From: a bacterium
Lineage (GTDB): Bacteria > Ratteibacteria > UBA8468 > B48-G9 > DSTR01
Assembly: GCA_029551285.1 (NCBI GenBank)
Contig: JAKPFT010000014.1
Span: forward strand, 14,847 to 78,846
Length of the DNA: 64,000 nucleotides
Direction of reading: 5' to 3'
Shown here in pieces: positions 9,330-19,619 of the stretch. Under the pieces are notes generated by a model, which made no database searches, was not told the origin of the DNA, and worked only from the letters and a program-made list of their open reading frames with translations. Position numbers and translations under genes: made by a program. How positions within the stretch are numbered: position 1 is the first letter of the stretch; the number at the start of each line of letters is the position of its first letter.

Positions 9330-10179
9330 AAAAATTTACTCAGGAAAGGTCAGGGACCTGTACGAAGTTGACCGCCAGACCTGGCTCATCGTGGCCACTG
9401 ACCGAATTTCCGCTTTTGACTTTATTTTGCCCACACCCATTCCCGGAAAAGGTTGCGTCCTCAATCAACTCTCCGCCTTCTGGTTCCGGCGACTGAAGCC
9501 AATTATGGACAATCACGTAATTGAGGACCGTTTTGAATACTTTCCGGAAGCCTTAAAGAAATTTTCCTGCCTTTCCGCCAGAAGTATGCTGGTCCGGCCG
9601 GCTGAAAAATTTCCGGTGGAATGCGTCGTCCGGGGATACCTGGCCGGGAGCGGTTGGAAGGAGTACCTCAGCACCGGCCGTATCTGCGGGGTGGACTTAC
9701 CCCCGGGTCTGAAACTGAGTGAAAGATTACCCCAGCCTGTTTTCACACCGGCCACCAAAGAAGAACAGGGTCAGCACGACCAGAATATCACTTTTGAACA
9801 GATGGTCGGAATAGTTGGAGAAGCAACGGCTGGCTACCTGCGGGAAAAGTCACTGCAGTTATATCAGGAAGCCTGTCGTTATGCCGAGAGCCGCGGGATT
9901 ATTATTGCCGACACCAAGTTTGAATTCGGCCGGCTGGAAAACAGAATAATCCTGATTGATGAAATTTTCACGCCTGATTCTTCCCGCTTCTGGGAAAAAG
10001 AAAAGTATCAGCCCGGACAGCCCCAGGATAGTCTGGACAAACAATATATCCGGGACTACCTGGAAGCAATTAGCTGGAACAAACAGCCGCCAGCACCGCC
10101 GCTTCCCGAGGAAGTTGTCAGAAAAACCTGCGAAAAGTATAATCAGATTTACGAATTGCTGGTGGGACAGCCACTCTAG
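9295..10179 (+). CDS. purC: Phosphoribosylaminoimidazole-succinocarboxamide (SAICAR) synthase
   Basis: GKVRDLYEVD...LIVATDRISAFD signature. ATG 9295 is preceded by AAAGGAGGAAG. Confidence 0.9.
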   Translation: MQAYQEPGLPFKKIYSGKVRDLYEVDRQTWLIVATDRISAFDFILPTPIPGKGCVLNQLSAFWFRRLKPIMDNHVIEDRFEYFPEALKKFSCLSARSMLVRPAEKFPVECVVRGYLAGSGWKEYLSTGRICGVDLPPGLKLSERLPQPVFTPATKEEQGQHDQNITFEQMVGIVGEATAGYLREKSLQLYQEACRYAESRGIIIADTKFEFGRLENRIILIDEIFTPDSSRFWEKEKYQPGQPQDSLDKQYIRDYLEAISWNKQPPAPPLPEEVVRKTCEKYNQIYELLVGQPL

Positions 10180-10225
10180 CAATGAGCGGGTTTCAATTGC
10201 CGCCGGGTCCCTGAAGGTTAAGACA

Positions 10226-10735
10226 ATGCAGAAACTTATCTGGCTGGTGGAGGTTTTTTATCGACCGGAAGTAACTGACGGTGCGGCGGAAGCCATCAGA
10301 AAGGCGGTGGAAGAACTTGGTATTTCCGTAGTGGAGAAAGTCTGGACCTCCAGCCTTTACCGGCTGGAGGGTATGCTTGAGCGCACCAGCATTGTCCGTA
10401 TTGCCAGGGAGCTGCTAACTGACCCCATTTCTCAGAAGTACCGGTTAGGTTTCCCGCAACGCCCCGGAGCCTGGTCGGTGCAGGTCTGGTATAAACCCGG
10501 CGTCACTGACACGGTGGCGGAAACTACTCAAAAAGCCATTCTGGACCTGGGCATTAACACACCGGTAACAGTGGCGACCGGCCGGTGCTATTTTTTCCAG
10601 GGAAAACTCCGGGAAAATATTCTGGTCAGTATCGCCAGGGCGCTTTTAGCTAACGAATTGATTGAAATTTTCCAGGTTTACCAGCCTTCCCGAGGGAAGA
10701 AAAATGGTGACCAGCAGTCAGGTAAAAGAAATTAA
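10226..10735 (+). CDS. purS: Tandem (fused) PurS-like protein: two consecutive PurS-like repeats upstream of purL
   Basis: Two ~80-aa repeats: VEVFYRPEVTDGAAEAIRKAVEELGI...RELLTDPISQKYRL and VQVWYKPGVTDTVAETTQKAILDLGI...RALLANELIEIFQV. Each resembles PurS (B. subtilis PurS ends ...LLANTVIEDYRYEV). Start set at internal ATG 10226, since the ORF-track N-terminal extension overlaps purC. Confidence 0.65.
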   Translation: MQKLIWLVEVFYRPEVTDGAAEAIRKAVEELGISVVEKVWTSSLYRLEGMLERTSIVRIARELLTDPISQKYRLGFPQRPGAWSVQVWYKPGVTDTVAETTQKAILDLGINTPVTVATGRCYFFQGKLRENILVSIARALLANELIEIFQVYQPSRGKKNGDQQSGKRN

Positions 10736-13076
10736 CCTTCTGAAAGCTTCCGAGAGCGAACTGGTGGCTCTCAGCCAGAAACACCTCCTTTCCCTCGATC
10801 TGAAGGAGATGAAAGCCATCCAGAGGCACTTTCAGCGTCTGGGACGGAATCCTACCGATTGCGAGTTAGAAACCATCGCTCAAACCTGGTCCGAACACTG
10901 CGTCCATAAGACCTTCAAAGCAGTGATTAACTACCACGACGGACTGGAAAAAAGGACCAGGAAGGTTGTTTGCTTGAACGAAATTGCCAGGGTTACCCGC
11001 CGCTTGAGAAAACGCTGGTGCCTGTCTGTCTTCCAGGATAATGCTGGCATCATTGAATTTACTGACGGCTGGGCAGTGGCTTTCAAAGTGGAAACTCATA
11101 ATCACCCTTCGGCGCTGGAGCCCTATGGTGGAGCCGGCACCGGAGTCGGCGGCGTCATCCGGGATATCCTGGGTGTTGGCCTGGGCGCCAAACCCATCCT
11201 GAACACAGATGTTTTCTGTTTCGGTCCTCTTGATTTTTCGGCTGAGGAGTTACCGGAAGGTGTCCTTCATCCCCGCCGTATTTTTAAAGGGGTGGTAAGC
11301 GGAGTGCGGGATTATGGCAACCGCATGGGCATTCCCACGGCTAACGGAGCCATCATTTTTGACCCTGGCTACGTTTACAACTGTCTGGTGTTCTGCGGCA
11401 CTGTCGGCATCATGCCTGAAAACAAAATCTTCAAGAAAGTCAGTGTCGGTGACCTGATCGTGGTGGCCGGGGGTCGCACAGGACGCGACGGTATTCATGG
11501 GGCTACTTTTTCTTCGGCCAGTTTGAATAAAAATATTCCCACCAGCGTGGTCCAGATCGGCAATCCCATTGTGGAGAAAAAACTCCTGGACGTCCTGATG
11601 GTGGCCAGAGATTTAAATCTCTACCGGGCCATCACTGATTGCGGAGCAGGCGGTCTTTCTTCGGCTATTGGAGAAATGGCCAGGGACACAGGCGCGGTTG
11701 TCTGGCTGGAGCGCGTCCCGCTGAAGTACGCTGACCTGGCTCCGTGGGAAATCTGGCTTTCTGAATCGCAGGAAAGAATGGTGCTGGCGGTTCCGCCAGA
11801 AAACGAAGAACGGCTGGTGAGTCTCTTCCAGAATGAAGATGTTGAAGCCACGGTAATCGGCCAGTTTACCGACAGCGGACAGCTTCTTCTTAAGTACCAT
11901 GACCACACCGTGGGGGAGTTGAATCTCAATTTCCTTCACCACGGTCTGCCCCGGAGGAAACTGCAGGCTTACTTTCACCCTCGGCCTCCCGCCAGAATTA
12001 CCCCGGAGAATGTGGAGTGGAAGGAAACATTACGGCAACTTCTAACTGACCCGGTCATTGCTTCCAAAGAGGTCGTCATTCGTCAGTATGACCATGAAGT
12101 TCAGGCCCAGACGATTATAAAACCACTCACCGGCGTGGAGCAGTCAGGGCCATCGGATGCCGTAGTTCTTAAACCCCTGGCAGAATCATGGGCTGGTGTG
12201 GTCGTGGGCTGCGGCATTAATCCCTTTTACGGTGAGATTGACCCGTATGCCATGGCGGGCTGCTCTCTGGAAGAAGCCATCAGAAATGTTGTCTGCGTGG
12301 GCGGTGACCCTTTCAGAGTGGCCCTGTTAGACAATTTTTGCTGGGGAGAAACCAGCCAGCCTGAGTCTTTAGGCCGCCTGGTGAGGTGCGTGGAAGGCTG
12401 TCGTGACTTTGCCCTGGCCTACGGTGCCCCCTTCATTTCTGGCAAAGACAGTCTCAATAACTACTTCCGCAAGGAGGATGGCTCGGTATCTTCCATTCCC
12501 CCGACGCTGCTCATTTCGGCTCTTTCCACAATACCCGATGTCAGAAAAGCCTGTACCTCTGACCTGAAAAAACCGGGTAATAATATTTACCTGTGCGGTG
12601 TGACCCGGGAAGAATTTGGTGGTTCCCGTTATTACCACCTTTTCCACTGTCCTGGCGGTCAGGTTCCCTTACCCAGACCAGCGGAAACAAGACCTTTGAT
12701 GAAAAAACTTTATCAGGCTATCAGAAACCGCTGGGTGGCTGCCTGTCATGATTGTTCTGAAGGAGGTTTCATCGTGGCTCTGTCAGAAATGGTTATCGGT
12801 GGCACCTGGGGAGCAGAAGTGGACCTGACAAAAGTGAATGGCCAGCCGCTTAAGATAGATGCCTGTCTTTTTTCAGAAAGCCAGGGAAGATTTATTGTTG
12901 AAGTGGAGCAAGAACACCAGGAGAAGTTTGAATCTTTGATGGAGGGACAGCCGGTGGGACTGGTGGGCCGGGTGCTACCAGAATCTTTTCTTACGGTAAA
13001 ACTTGGCCAGGAAATTCTGTTTCAGTTTACTATTCAGGAACTGGCCCGGTCCTGGAAAGGAGCCATCGGGTGGTAA
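10704..13076 (+). CDS. purL: Phosphoribosylformylglycinamidine synthase subunit PurL (small-type FGAM synthase II)
   Basis: PurL motifs TWSEHCVHKTF, VETHNHPSALEPYGGAGTGVGGVIRD, DCGAGGLSSAIGEMA. Sits in a purS-purL-purQ arrangement. Confidence 0.92.
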   Translation: MVTSSQVKEINLLKASESELVALSQKHLLSLDLKEMKAIQRHFQRLGRNPTDCELETIAQTWSEHCVHKTFKAVINYHDGLEKRTRKVVCLNEIARVTRRLRKRWCLSVFQDNAGIIEFTDGWAVAFKVETHNHPSALEPYGGAGTGVGGVIRDILGVGLGAKPILNTDVFCFGPLDFSAEELPEGVLHPRRIFKGVVSGVRDYGNRMGIPTANGAIIFDPGYVYNCLVFCGTVGIMPENKIFKKVSVGDLIVVAGGRTGRDGIHGATFSSASLNKNIPTSVVQIGNPIVEKKLLDVLMVARDLNLYRAITDCGAGGLSSAIGEMARDTGAVVWLERVPLKYADLAPWEIWLSESQERMVLAVPPENEERLVSLFQNEDVEATVIGQFTDSGQLLLKYHDHTVGELNLNFLHHGLPRRKLQAYFHPRPPARITPENVEWKETLRQLLTDPVIASKEVVIRQYDHEVQAQTIIKPLTGVEQSGPSDAVVLKPLAESWAGVVVGCGINPFYGEIDPYAMAGCSLEEAIRNVVCVGGDPFRVALLDNFCWGETSQPESLGRLVRCVEGCRDFALAYGAPFISGKDSLNNYFRKEDGSVSSIPPTLLISALSTIPDVRKACTSDLKKPGNNIYLCGVTREEFGGSRYYHLFHCPGGQVPLPRPAETRPLMKKLYQAIRNRWVAACHDCSEGGFIVALSEMVIGGTWGAEVDLTKVNGQPLKIDACLFSESQGRFIVEVEQEHQEKFESLMEGQPVGLVGRVLPESFLTVKLGQEILFQFTIQELARSWKGAIGW

Positions 13077-13849
13077 AGCCAAGAGTTCTCGTACTGCGGG
13101 TGGCTGGAACCAATTGCGACCAGGAAACAGTATGGGCTCTCCAGATGGCTGGCGCCAGTGCCGAGCGTGTTCACCTCAACGAGTTTATCTCCGGCCGAAA
13201 AAGGTTAAAGGACTACCAGGCTCTGGTTATTCCCGGAGGGTTTTCTTATGGCGACGACATTGCGGCGGGCAAGGTCCTGGCCAACCAACTTCTTTACCGG
13301 CTGGAGAATGACCTCCGGGAACTGGTCCACAGGAGAAAACCCATCCTTGGTATCTGCAACGGTTTCCAGGTGCTGGTAAAAGCCGGACTTCTGCCTGGCC
13401 AGCCGCCCGGTCAGCAGGCCACCCTGACCTGGAACGATTCCGCGCGCTTTGAAGACCGCTGGGTTTATTTGAAGGTAGAAACAGAGGTTTGCCCCTTTGT
13501 CAAAAATTTGCCAGAAATCATCCGGTTACCTGTGGCCCATGCCGAAGGTAAATTCCTTCCGGCCAATAAGAAGGTGTTGGGTTTTCTGGAAAGAAAAAAA
13601 CTGGTTGTTTTCCGATACGTGAGCCCCTCGGGAGAACTGACCGGTTATCCCTATAACCCAAACGGTTCGGTTGCGGGAATTGCTGGTATCTGCAGCCCGG
13701 ATGGCTTGATTCTCGGGATGATGCCCCATCCGGAGAGGGCCGTCATCCGGCAGCATTATCCAGACTGGTTGCGTCATCCGGAGAGCTCAGCCACAGCCGC
13801 CACTGCCGGTTTCCAGATTTTCAAAAATATGGTAGATTATCTCGCCTGA
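13070..13849 (+). CDS. purQ: Phosphoribosylformylglycinamidine synthase subunit PurQ (glutaminase)
   Basis: Class I GATase motifs ILGICNGFQVL and PHPER. GTG start overlaps the purL stop. Confidence 0.9.
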   Translation: MVKPRVLVLRVAGTNCDQETVWALQMAGASAERVHLNEFISGRKRLKDYQALVIPGGFSYGDDIAAGKVLANQLLYRLENDLRELVHRRKPILGICNGFQVLVKAGLLPGQPPGQQATLTWNDSARFEDRWVYLKVETEVCPFVKNLPEIIRLPVAHAEGKFLPANKKVLGFLERKKLVVFRYVSPSGELTGYPYNPNGSVAGIAGICSPDGLILGMMPHPERAVIRQHYPDWLRHPESSATAATAGFQIFKNMVDYLA

Positions 13850-13925
13850 GGCTTGAATCCTGAGGAATTCAACCCATTTTCAGATTAGGAGCAACGTACT
13901 TTTCAGGAAAGGGGGAGAAGCAAAA

Positions 13926-14813
13926 GTGGAAGAGGAAATTCTGCGGAAGGCTGAAGTTCTGGTGGAAGCCAGACCCTATATCCAGAGATATCAGGGAAGC
14001 TATTTTGTGGTCAAACTGGGCGGAAGTATCTTTCGCCTGCCGGAGGCAAGAAATAGCATCCTGAGCGACATTGCTTTTCTTCACCTGGTCGGTATCAGAT
14101 GTCTGGTCATTACCGGCGGAGGACCGTTCATCACCGAAGAACTTCAAAAGTCAGGATGGAAACCATCGTTTGTTGACGGTCTGCGCGTCACCGATGAAAA
14201 AACATTGCAGGTGGTAAGAAAGGTCCTGGGCCAGGTCAGAGATGAATTGTGCTGGTATCTCCGGGATAAACTGCTGGTACCGGCCGCGGCCATTGAACCG
14301 GAAGAGCGGCTGCTTATTGCCAGAAAAATTCACTACCAGAAGGGCGCAGAGGTGATTGACCTGGGATTTGTTGGCCAGATGGAAAAGGTAGAGGCCAATA
14401 CTTTGAAAGTCAAAGCGGCCACTTCCGTGGTGGTGCTGGCGCCGCTGGCTTATGGTCAAGATGGCGCGCTTTACAATATCAACGGGGATTCCGTAGCCGC
14501 AGCCGTGGCGGAATCTCTGGAAGCGGAAAAACTGGTCTTTCTGACCAATGTACTGGGCGTGATGCGCAACCCTGAAAATCCCGAGACGTTGATCTCAATT
14601 TTGACTGTAAAACAGGCTGAGACCCTGATTCAGCAGGAAGTAATCAGCGGCGGCATGGTGCCAAAAGTGAAAGCAGCCGTTTCTTCAATCAGACGCGGGG
14701 TTAAGAAAGTTCATATTATCAACGGAAGCCTTCCCCATTCGCTTCTGCTGGAAATTTTTACCGACCAGGGGGTAGGCACAGAAATTATCAGTGACAACGG
14801 AGGCAACCCTTGA
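13926..14813 (+). CDS. argB: Acetylglutamate kinase
   Basis: AA-kinase motifs YFVVKLGGSIF and VITGGGP. GTG start. Confidence 0.88.
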   Translation: MEEEILRKAEVLVEARPYIQRYQGSYFVVKLGGSIFRLPEARNSILSDIAFLHLVGIRCLVITGGGPFITEELQKSGWKPSFVDGLRVTDEKTLQVVRKVLGQVRDELCWYLRDKLLVPAAAIEPEERLLIARKIHYQKGAEVIDLGFVGQMEKVEANTLKVKAATSVVVLAPLAYGQDGALYNINGDSVAAAVAESLEAEKLVFLTNVLGVMRNPENPETLISILTVKQAETLIQQEVISGGMVPKVKAAVSSIRRGVKKVHIINGSLPHSLLLEIFTDQGVGTEIISDNGGNP

Positions 14814-16003
14814 CCAGAGAAGAAGTGAAAGGTTTATACCAGCAATACGTGGTCGGGTCTTACACCCGGGACGATGTCGTCCTGGTACAGGGTCGGGGAA
14901 GTGTGGTCAGAGATATGGATGGCCGTGAATACCTTGATTTCTTTCCCGGCTGGGCTGTCTCCGGTCTGGGTCACTGCCCTGAAGGAGTGGTGACAGCGCT
15001 GAAGAAACAGGCCGGCGTTCTACTGCATGTTTCCAACAACTACTACCATCCCTGGCAGGCCCGACTGGCTGAGCGGCTTTCCAGAAGTTCTTCAGGCGGC
15101 AAAGTCTTTTTCTGCAACAGCGGGGCGGAAGCCAATGAAGCCGCCATCAAGTTATGCCGTCTTTACGGTCGCCAGCACAACCGCTATAAAATCATCTCCA
15201 TGGAAAACTCCTTCCACGGCCGGACACTGGCTACGGTTACTCTTACCGGTCAAGCCAGGTACAGTCTGCCGTTTCAACCCTTGCCGGAAGGCTTTGTGAA
15301 GGTGCCTTTCAATGACTTTTCAGCCTTAGAAAACGCGGTGGACGAAAAAACGGTGGCTGTTTTCTTGGAGTTAATCCAGGGGGAAGGCGGTATTAATGTG
15401 GCCGACAAAGACTACGTCTCCAAATTAGAACAGTTCTGCCGGCAGCGAAGTATTCTTCTTGTGATTGATGAGATTCAAACCGGTTTTGGCCGCACCGGAA
15501 AGATGTTTGCTTTCCAGCACTATGGCCTGGCCCCGGATATTATCACCCTGGCCAAAACTATGGGAGGTGGCTTCCCGATTGGAGCCATGATTGCCCGAAG
15601 TGAACTGGCTTCCCTGATGGTCCCTGGAACACACGCTTCTACCTTTGGCGGCAGTCCTCTGGCCTGCAGCGCGGCGCTGGCCGTTCTGGAAATGATCGAG
15701 AAAAAAAACCTGACCGTTCGGGCCACGCGGCTGGGCGCTTACCTTCAAAAAAAATTAGTTGACCTGAAGAAGAGATATCCAGTCATTAAAGAAGTGCGCG
15801 GGCTGGGACTGATGCTGGGCATGGAACTGGACCGACCCGGAGCCCAGCTGGTCAAACTGTGCCGCGAAAAAGGGCTACTGGTAAACTGCACCCACGAAAG
15901 GGTTATCCGGATTATGCCAGGACTGACGGTGAAACGAGGAGAGATTGACCGGGCCATCTCTATTCTGGACAGAAGTTTTCAGGAATTTGTTGCTTTAACA
16001 TAA
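14810..16003 (+). CDS. argD: Acetylornithine aminotransferase (class III PLP aminotransferase)
   Basis: LVIDEIQTGFGRTGKMFAFQHYGLAPDIITLAKTMGGGFPIGA. Sits between argB and argF. Confidence 0.88.
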   Translation: MTREEVKGLYQQYVVGSYTRDDVVLVQGRGSVVRDMDGREYLDFFPGWAVSGLGHCPEGVVTALKKQAGVLLHVSNNYYHPWQARLAERLSRSSSGGKVFFCNSGAEANEAAIKLCRLYGRQHNRYKIISMENSFHGRTLATVTLTGQARYSLPFQPLPEGFVKVPFNDFSALENAVDEKTVAVFLELIQGEGGINVADKDYVSKLEQFCRQRSILLVIDEIQTGFGRTGKMFAFQHYGLAPDIITLAKTMGGGFPIGAMIARSELASLMVPGTHASTFGGSPLACSAALAVLEMIEKKNLTVRATRLGAYLQKKLVDLKKRYPVIKEVRGLGLMLGMELDRPGAQLVKLCREKGLLVNCTHERVIRIMPGLTVKRGEIDRAISILDRSFQEFVALT

Positions 16004-16021
16004 CGCTGTTTAACGGGCAAA

Positions 16022-16930
16022 ATGAAAAGAGACTTTCTTGAGGTTACTGACCTCACCCGGGAAGAAGTCTGGCGGATCTTTGACCGGGCAAAGTACTTCA
16101 AACAGGAAAGGAGCCGACACCGGCAGGAAGAAATATTGGCCGGCAAACACCTTGGTTTACTTTTTTCCAAACCTTCCACCCGAACCAGGGTCTCCTTTGA
16201 AGTGGCTATCCTGGAACTGGGGGGAACCCCCATTTATCTCGCCGGCCAGTCCACCCAGGTTTCCCGGGGAGAAACAATCAAGGATACAGCCAGGGTTCTC
16301 TCTCGCTATCTTTCCGGTCTGGTGGTCAGAACCTTCAAACAGGAAGAAGTGAAAGAATACGGCCGGTGGTTTGCCTTTCCAGTAATCAACGCCCTGACTG
16401 ATACCTCCCACCCCTGTCAGGCGCTATCCGACTATTTCACTATCTTAGAGAAAAAAAAGACTTTTGATGGCCTGTGCCTGACTTACATCGGTGACCCCAA
16501 TAATGTGTGTAACTCCCTGGTGTTGATGGCTGACCTTCTCGGAGTAAGTATCAGGATTTCCAGTCCCCCAGGCTATCCGCTTTCCCCGCTGGTCCGGCAA
16601 CAGATGAGAAATCCCCAACTCCTGAAGGTGAGCACTGACCCCGCCGCCTTCATTGCTGACGCAGATGTTATTTACACCGATACCTGGGTAAGTATGGGCA
16701 GTGAAAGTAAAGAAAAGGAAAGAATAGCCGTCTTCCGGGAATACCAGGTTAACGAAAACCTTCTCTCCAGGGCCAAGAAGGATTTCCTTTTCATGCACTG
16801 TCTGCCGGCCCACCGCGGCCAGGAAGTCACCGACACCGTTATTGACGGAGAAAATTCTGTCGTCATTGACCAGGCGGAAAATCGTCTCCACTGCCAGAAA
16901 GCTCTTCTGGAATTTCTCCATGGCGGATAA
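16022..16930 (+). CDS. argF: Ornithine carbamoyltransferase
   Basis: Motifs STRTRVSFE and HCLPAHRGQEV typical of OTCase. Confidence 0.9.
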   Translation: MKRDFLEVTDLTREEVWRIFDRAKYFKQERSRHRQEEILAGKHLGLLFSKPSTRTRVSFEVAILELGGTPIYLAGQSTQVSRGETIKDTARVLSRYLSGLVVRTFKQEEVKEYGRWFAFPVINALTDTSHPCQALSDYFTILEKKKTFDGLCLTYIGDPNNVCNSLVLMADLLGVSIRISSPPGYPLSPLVRQQMRNPQLLKVSTDPAAFIADADVIYTDTWVSMGSESKEKERIAVFREYQVNENLLSRAKKDFLFMHCLPAHRGQEVTDTVIDGENSVVIDQAENRLHCQKALLEFLHGG

Positions 16931-17966
16931 AAAACCGGTATTTTCTGGTTTTTCTCCCTCAAATTCAACCAGGCGCGTGACGCCACTCCGACAGTTTCTA
17001 AGAAGAAGAAAGCTGGACGGATGTTTGCTGGCCAGTTCCTCCAACATCTCCTGGCTGGTTGGTCTTCCCCACACTGAGGGTTTGCTCCTGGTAACCGAAA
17101 AGGAAGTTACTCTGTTTGTTAACCCCCTTCAGCAGCAGGCAACACTGCGGACGCAGTGTCTTTCTGCAGAGGTTTTGGCCAGCGAGAAGGAATTTCGTCA
17201 GCGGGTCAATGCCTGTGGCCGCCTCGGTTTTCTTTCTGAGGAAATATCAGTGGCCCGCTGGCAGCGCTGGCAGAAACAATTTACCTGTCAGCTTCTTCCC
17301 TGCCCTGATTTTGTGCTTGCGCTGCGGGCAGTCAAGGATAGTAGCGAACTAAAATATCTGCAAGCCGCCAAAAAGATTGCCCGGGAAATTATGGAGGAGA
17401 CCATATCCCGCTACCTGAAACCCGGCGTGACCGAAGCGGAACTGGCTGCCAGAATCCGCTGGCTGGCAAGCTGCTACGGCGGGGCTGAAGTCAGTTTTCC
17501 ACCAATTGTCGCTTCCGGTCCTAACAGCGCCTATCCCCACCACCGTCCGGGGAATAGAAAAATTCAACCTGGTGATGCGGTGATTATTGATTCAGGAGTC
17601 GAGTGCCAGGGTTATCACAGCGATCTGACGGAAACCGTGCTGCTGGAGCCAGCCAGACATGAATTGAAAGAAATCTATTCCCTGGTCCGGCAGGTTCAAA
17701 GAGCATGTCTGAAGGCGCTCCGGCCAGGTCAGCGCGCGGCTGACATCCACCGGCTGGCCGTTTCTCTTTTCAAGAAGAGAGGGATGGAGAAATACTTTGT
17801 CCATGGCCTGGGCCATGGTGTTGGCCTTGATGTTCACGAAAAGCCTGTCCTGAACGGGCAAAGTCAGGACATTCTCAGAAAGGGAATGGTGGTAACAGTC
17901 GAGCCGGGTCTGTACTTACCAGGCACCGGTGGCGTGCGTTTAGAAGAGATGGTTTTCGTTGAATAA
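16920..17966 (+). CDS. M24 family Xaa-Pro aminopeptidase/dipeptidase
   Basis: M24 metal-ligand motifs DAVIIDSGVECQGYHSDLT and HGLGHGVGLDVHE. Start trimmed to ATG 16920 (MADKKPV), overlapping the argF end. Confidence 0.8.
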   Translation: MADKKPVFSGFSPSNSTRRVTPLRQFLRRRKLDGCLLASSSNISWLVGLPHTEGLLLVTEKEVTLFVNPLQQQATLRTQCLSAEVLASEKEFRQRVNACGRLGFLSEEISVARWQRWQKQFTCQLLPCPDFVLALRAVKDSSELKYLQAAKKIAREIMEETISRYLKPGVTEAELAARIRWLASCYGGAEVSFPPIVASGPNSAYPHHRPGNRKIQPGDAVIIDSGVECQGYHSDLTETVLLEPARHELKEIYSLVRQVQRACLKALRPGQRAADIHRLAVSLFKKRGMEKYFVHGLGHGVGLDVHEKPVLNGQSQDILRKGMVVTVEPGLYLPGTGGVRLEEMVFVE

Positions 17967-18074
17967 AAGCCAAAGTTTTGAGCCTGAGTGAGCTTTAGTC
18001 CGCTACGAAATCTGGAGAAGGCTGCCTGGCACAGGAAAGAATAGGCCTGCAACTGAAGGGAAAGAACTCTGTCC

Positions 18075-19517
18075 CTACCAGAAAGTACCCATCATTTCCA
18101 CTTCCTCATTTAATTCCAGACAAAGAAGAGACAGAAACAGGTAACCCAATCCATCCACCGCTTGATACCTGTCTTCTCCAGTATGACTTCTAAACATGCG
18201 GCCCTGCCACAGACTGGCCAGCGCTTCCTCTGCCAGGAAACTGGCTTTCTGTAAATATTCTTTTTCCCCCAGCACCTGACTGCATCTCCAGAGAAAATGG
18301 AGGCAACGGCCGTATCTTTCCGCGTAAAAGACCCTGCCCTGCTGTCTGCATTCCTGGTAATCCTTCATCATCTGCTCTGCCCAGCGTTGGCAGGCTACCC
18401 TGAAAATCTCCTCTCCGGTTAACCGGTAAAGTTCCAGACAGGTTTCAGCCATCTGGAGAGGGTAATCATGCGAGGGAAAAAACTGCCGCCACGGCTCAGA
18501 GTAACGACCTGGTTGATAAATAGCATTTCCGGCTATCTTAGAACAAGGGGTCACAAAAGGAGAAGTTCCGGTATCCACCAGCAACTGCCCCAGGTATTTC
18601 CCCGTCGCTTCCTCGTACCCATAGGAAAGATAAGCCCTCACAGCCGCTCTGGCTTTATCCAGCCACTTTTGCCTTCCGGTAAGTTCTACAGCCTTCAGCA
18701 GGCAGGATGCCCACAGACCTATTTCGGTGGTGCTGACAAATTTGTCCCATCGCGTCTGTGTCGGATTGTTTTCCAGCAAGCCTGTTTTTTCGTGCCGGTG
18801 GGAGAAGGAGAAATCAACAATCTTATCAGCCAGTTCCAGAAGCGCGGGGTTCTTAATCCGCCGGTAAAGATAAGCCAGAGAGACAACCATAATCCCGCCT
18901 GACTCCAGAAAGGCGCAACCTTTCTTCCCGTCAGCATGCCGGTTAAAGCCTCCCTGCTGGTCAAATAAAGAATTGGTCACGAAGGTCCTGATTTCTTTTT
19001 CGGCTGCACCGGCCGAGAGTTTCCAGAAAATCTCCCAGGCCGGGGGAATGGGTCTGACCTCATGATAATCGCCTGTTTCTTCTGCCAGCTGAACAGGATA
19101 AGGTTGTTCCTCGCCGACAAACTTAACTGTTTGACCCAATCCGGCATGCCAGTAATAGTGGTTTCCCCAGAGAAAAATCCCGTTTCTGGCCACACATCTT
19201 TGGAGAAAGTCAGCCACATAATTATCAGCCGCCTCCGCATAGCAGCGTTTTCCAGTGTAAGCGGAAAGGTCATAGGCCGCCACCAGCAGAGGCTGGTCAT
19301 AGTAAAGGGTGCAGCCACCAGGCGCCATGATGGAGCGGTAATGGGTCTGCGGCAAGGAGGGAACCTGAACTTCTTTCCGGACAGCGCCATCAGCAATGGT
19401 CTCCATTGAGGAGCGCCACATCTGGCAAGCCGCTGACCCGGAATCAGCCAGTCCGTCCTTCAGAAACCAGTCAAAATGAGAAGTTATCCGGGTCACGCAG
19501 TCAATTCCAGTTCCCAT
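18075..19517 (-). CDS. Hypothetical protein, possibly (alpha/alpha)6-barrel glycosidase/epimerase-like
   Basis: 480 aa, Trp/Tyr-rich and helix-rich, with motifs WGNHYYWH and GLWASCLLKAVELTG. No decisive family motif could be recognised by eye. Confidence 0.35.
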   Translation of the reverse strand: MGTGIDCVTRITSHFDWFLKDGLADSGSAACQMWRSSMETIADGAVRKEVQVPSLPQTHYRSIMAPGGCTLYYDQPLLVAAYDLSAYTGKRCYAEAADNYVADFLQRCVARNGIFLWGNHYYWHAGLGQTVKFVGEEQPYPVQLAEETGDYHEVRPIPPAWEIFWKLSAGAAEKEIRTFVTNSLFDQQGGFNRHADGKKGCAFLESGGIMVVSLAYLYRRIKNPALLELADKIVDFSFSHRHEKTGLLENNPTQTRWDKFVSTTEIGLWASCLLKAVELTGRQKWLDKARAAVRAYLSYGYEEATGKYLGQLLVDTGTSPFVTPCSKIAGNAIYQPGRYSEPWRQFFPSHDYPLQMAETCLELYRLTGEEIFRVACQRWAEQMMKDYQECRQQGRVFYAERYGRCLHFLWRCSQVLGEKEYLQKASFLAEEALASLWQGRMFRSHTGEDRYQAVDGLGYLFLSLLCLELNEEVEMMGTFW

Positions 19518-19619
19518 AGATTTTTCCCCTGCGGAAATCAGAAAACCGCGAGCATAAACACTTCTCGTGGCTGGAGGAGGGAGTCTAGTTCACTCCCAAT
19601 TCCCCGAAGAAAATTTTCC

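Noticed and set aside
11250-12647. Antisense ORFs inside purL (11250..11498 -, 11613..11978 -, 12369..12647 -) and similar antisense ORFs inside other long genes (e.g. 25808..27332 + inside the PKD/TPR gene, 48408..49514 + inside iorA)
   Set aside because: They are embedded in strongly supported genes on the opposite strand and have no motifs. Typical GC-rich antisense open frames.
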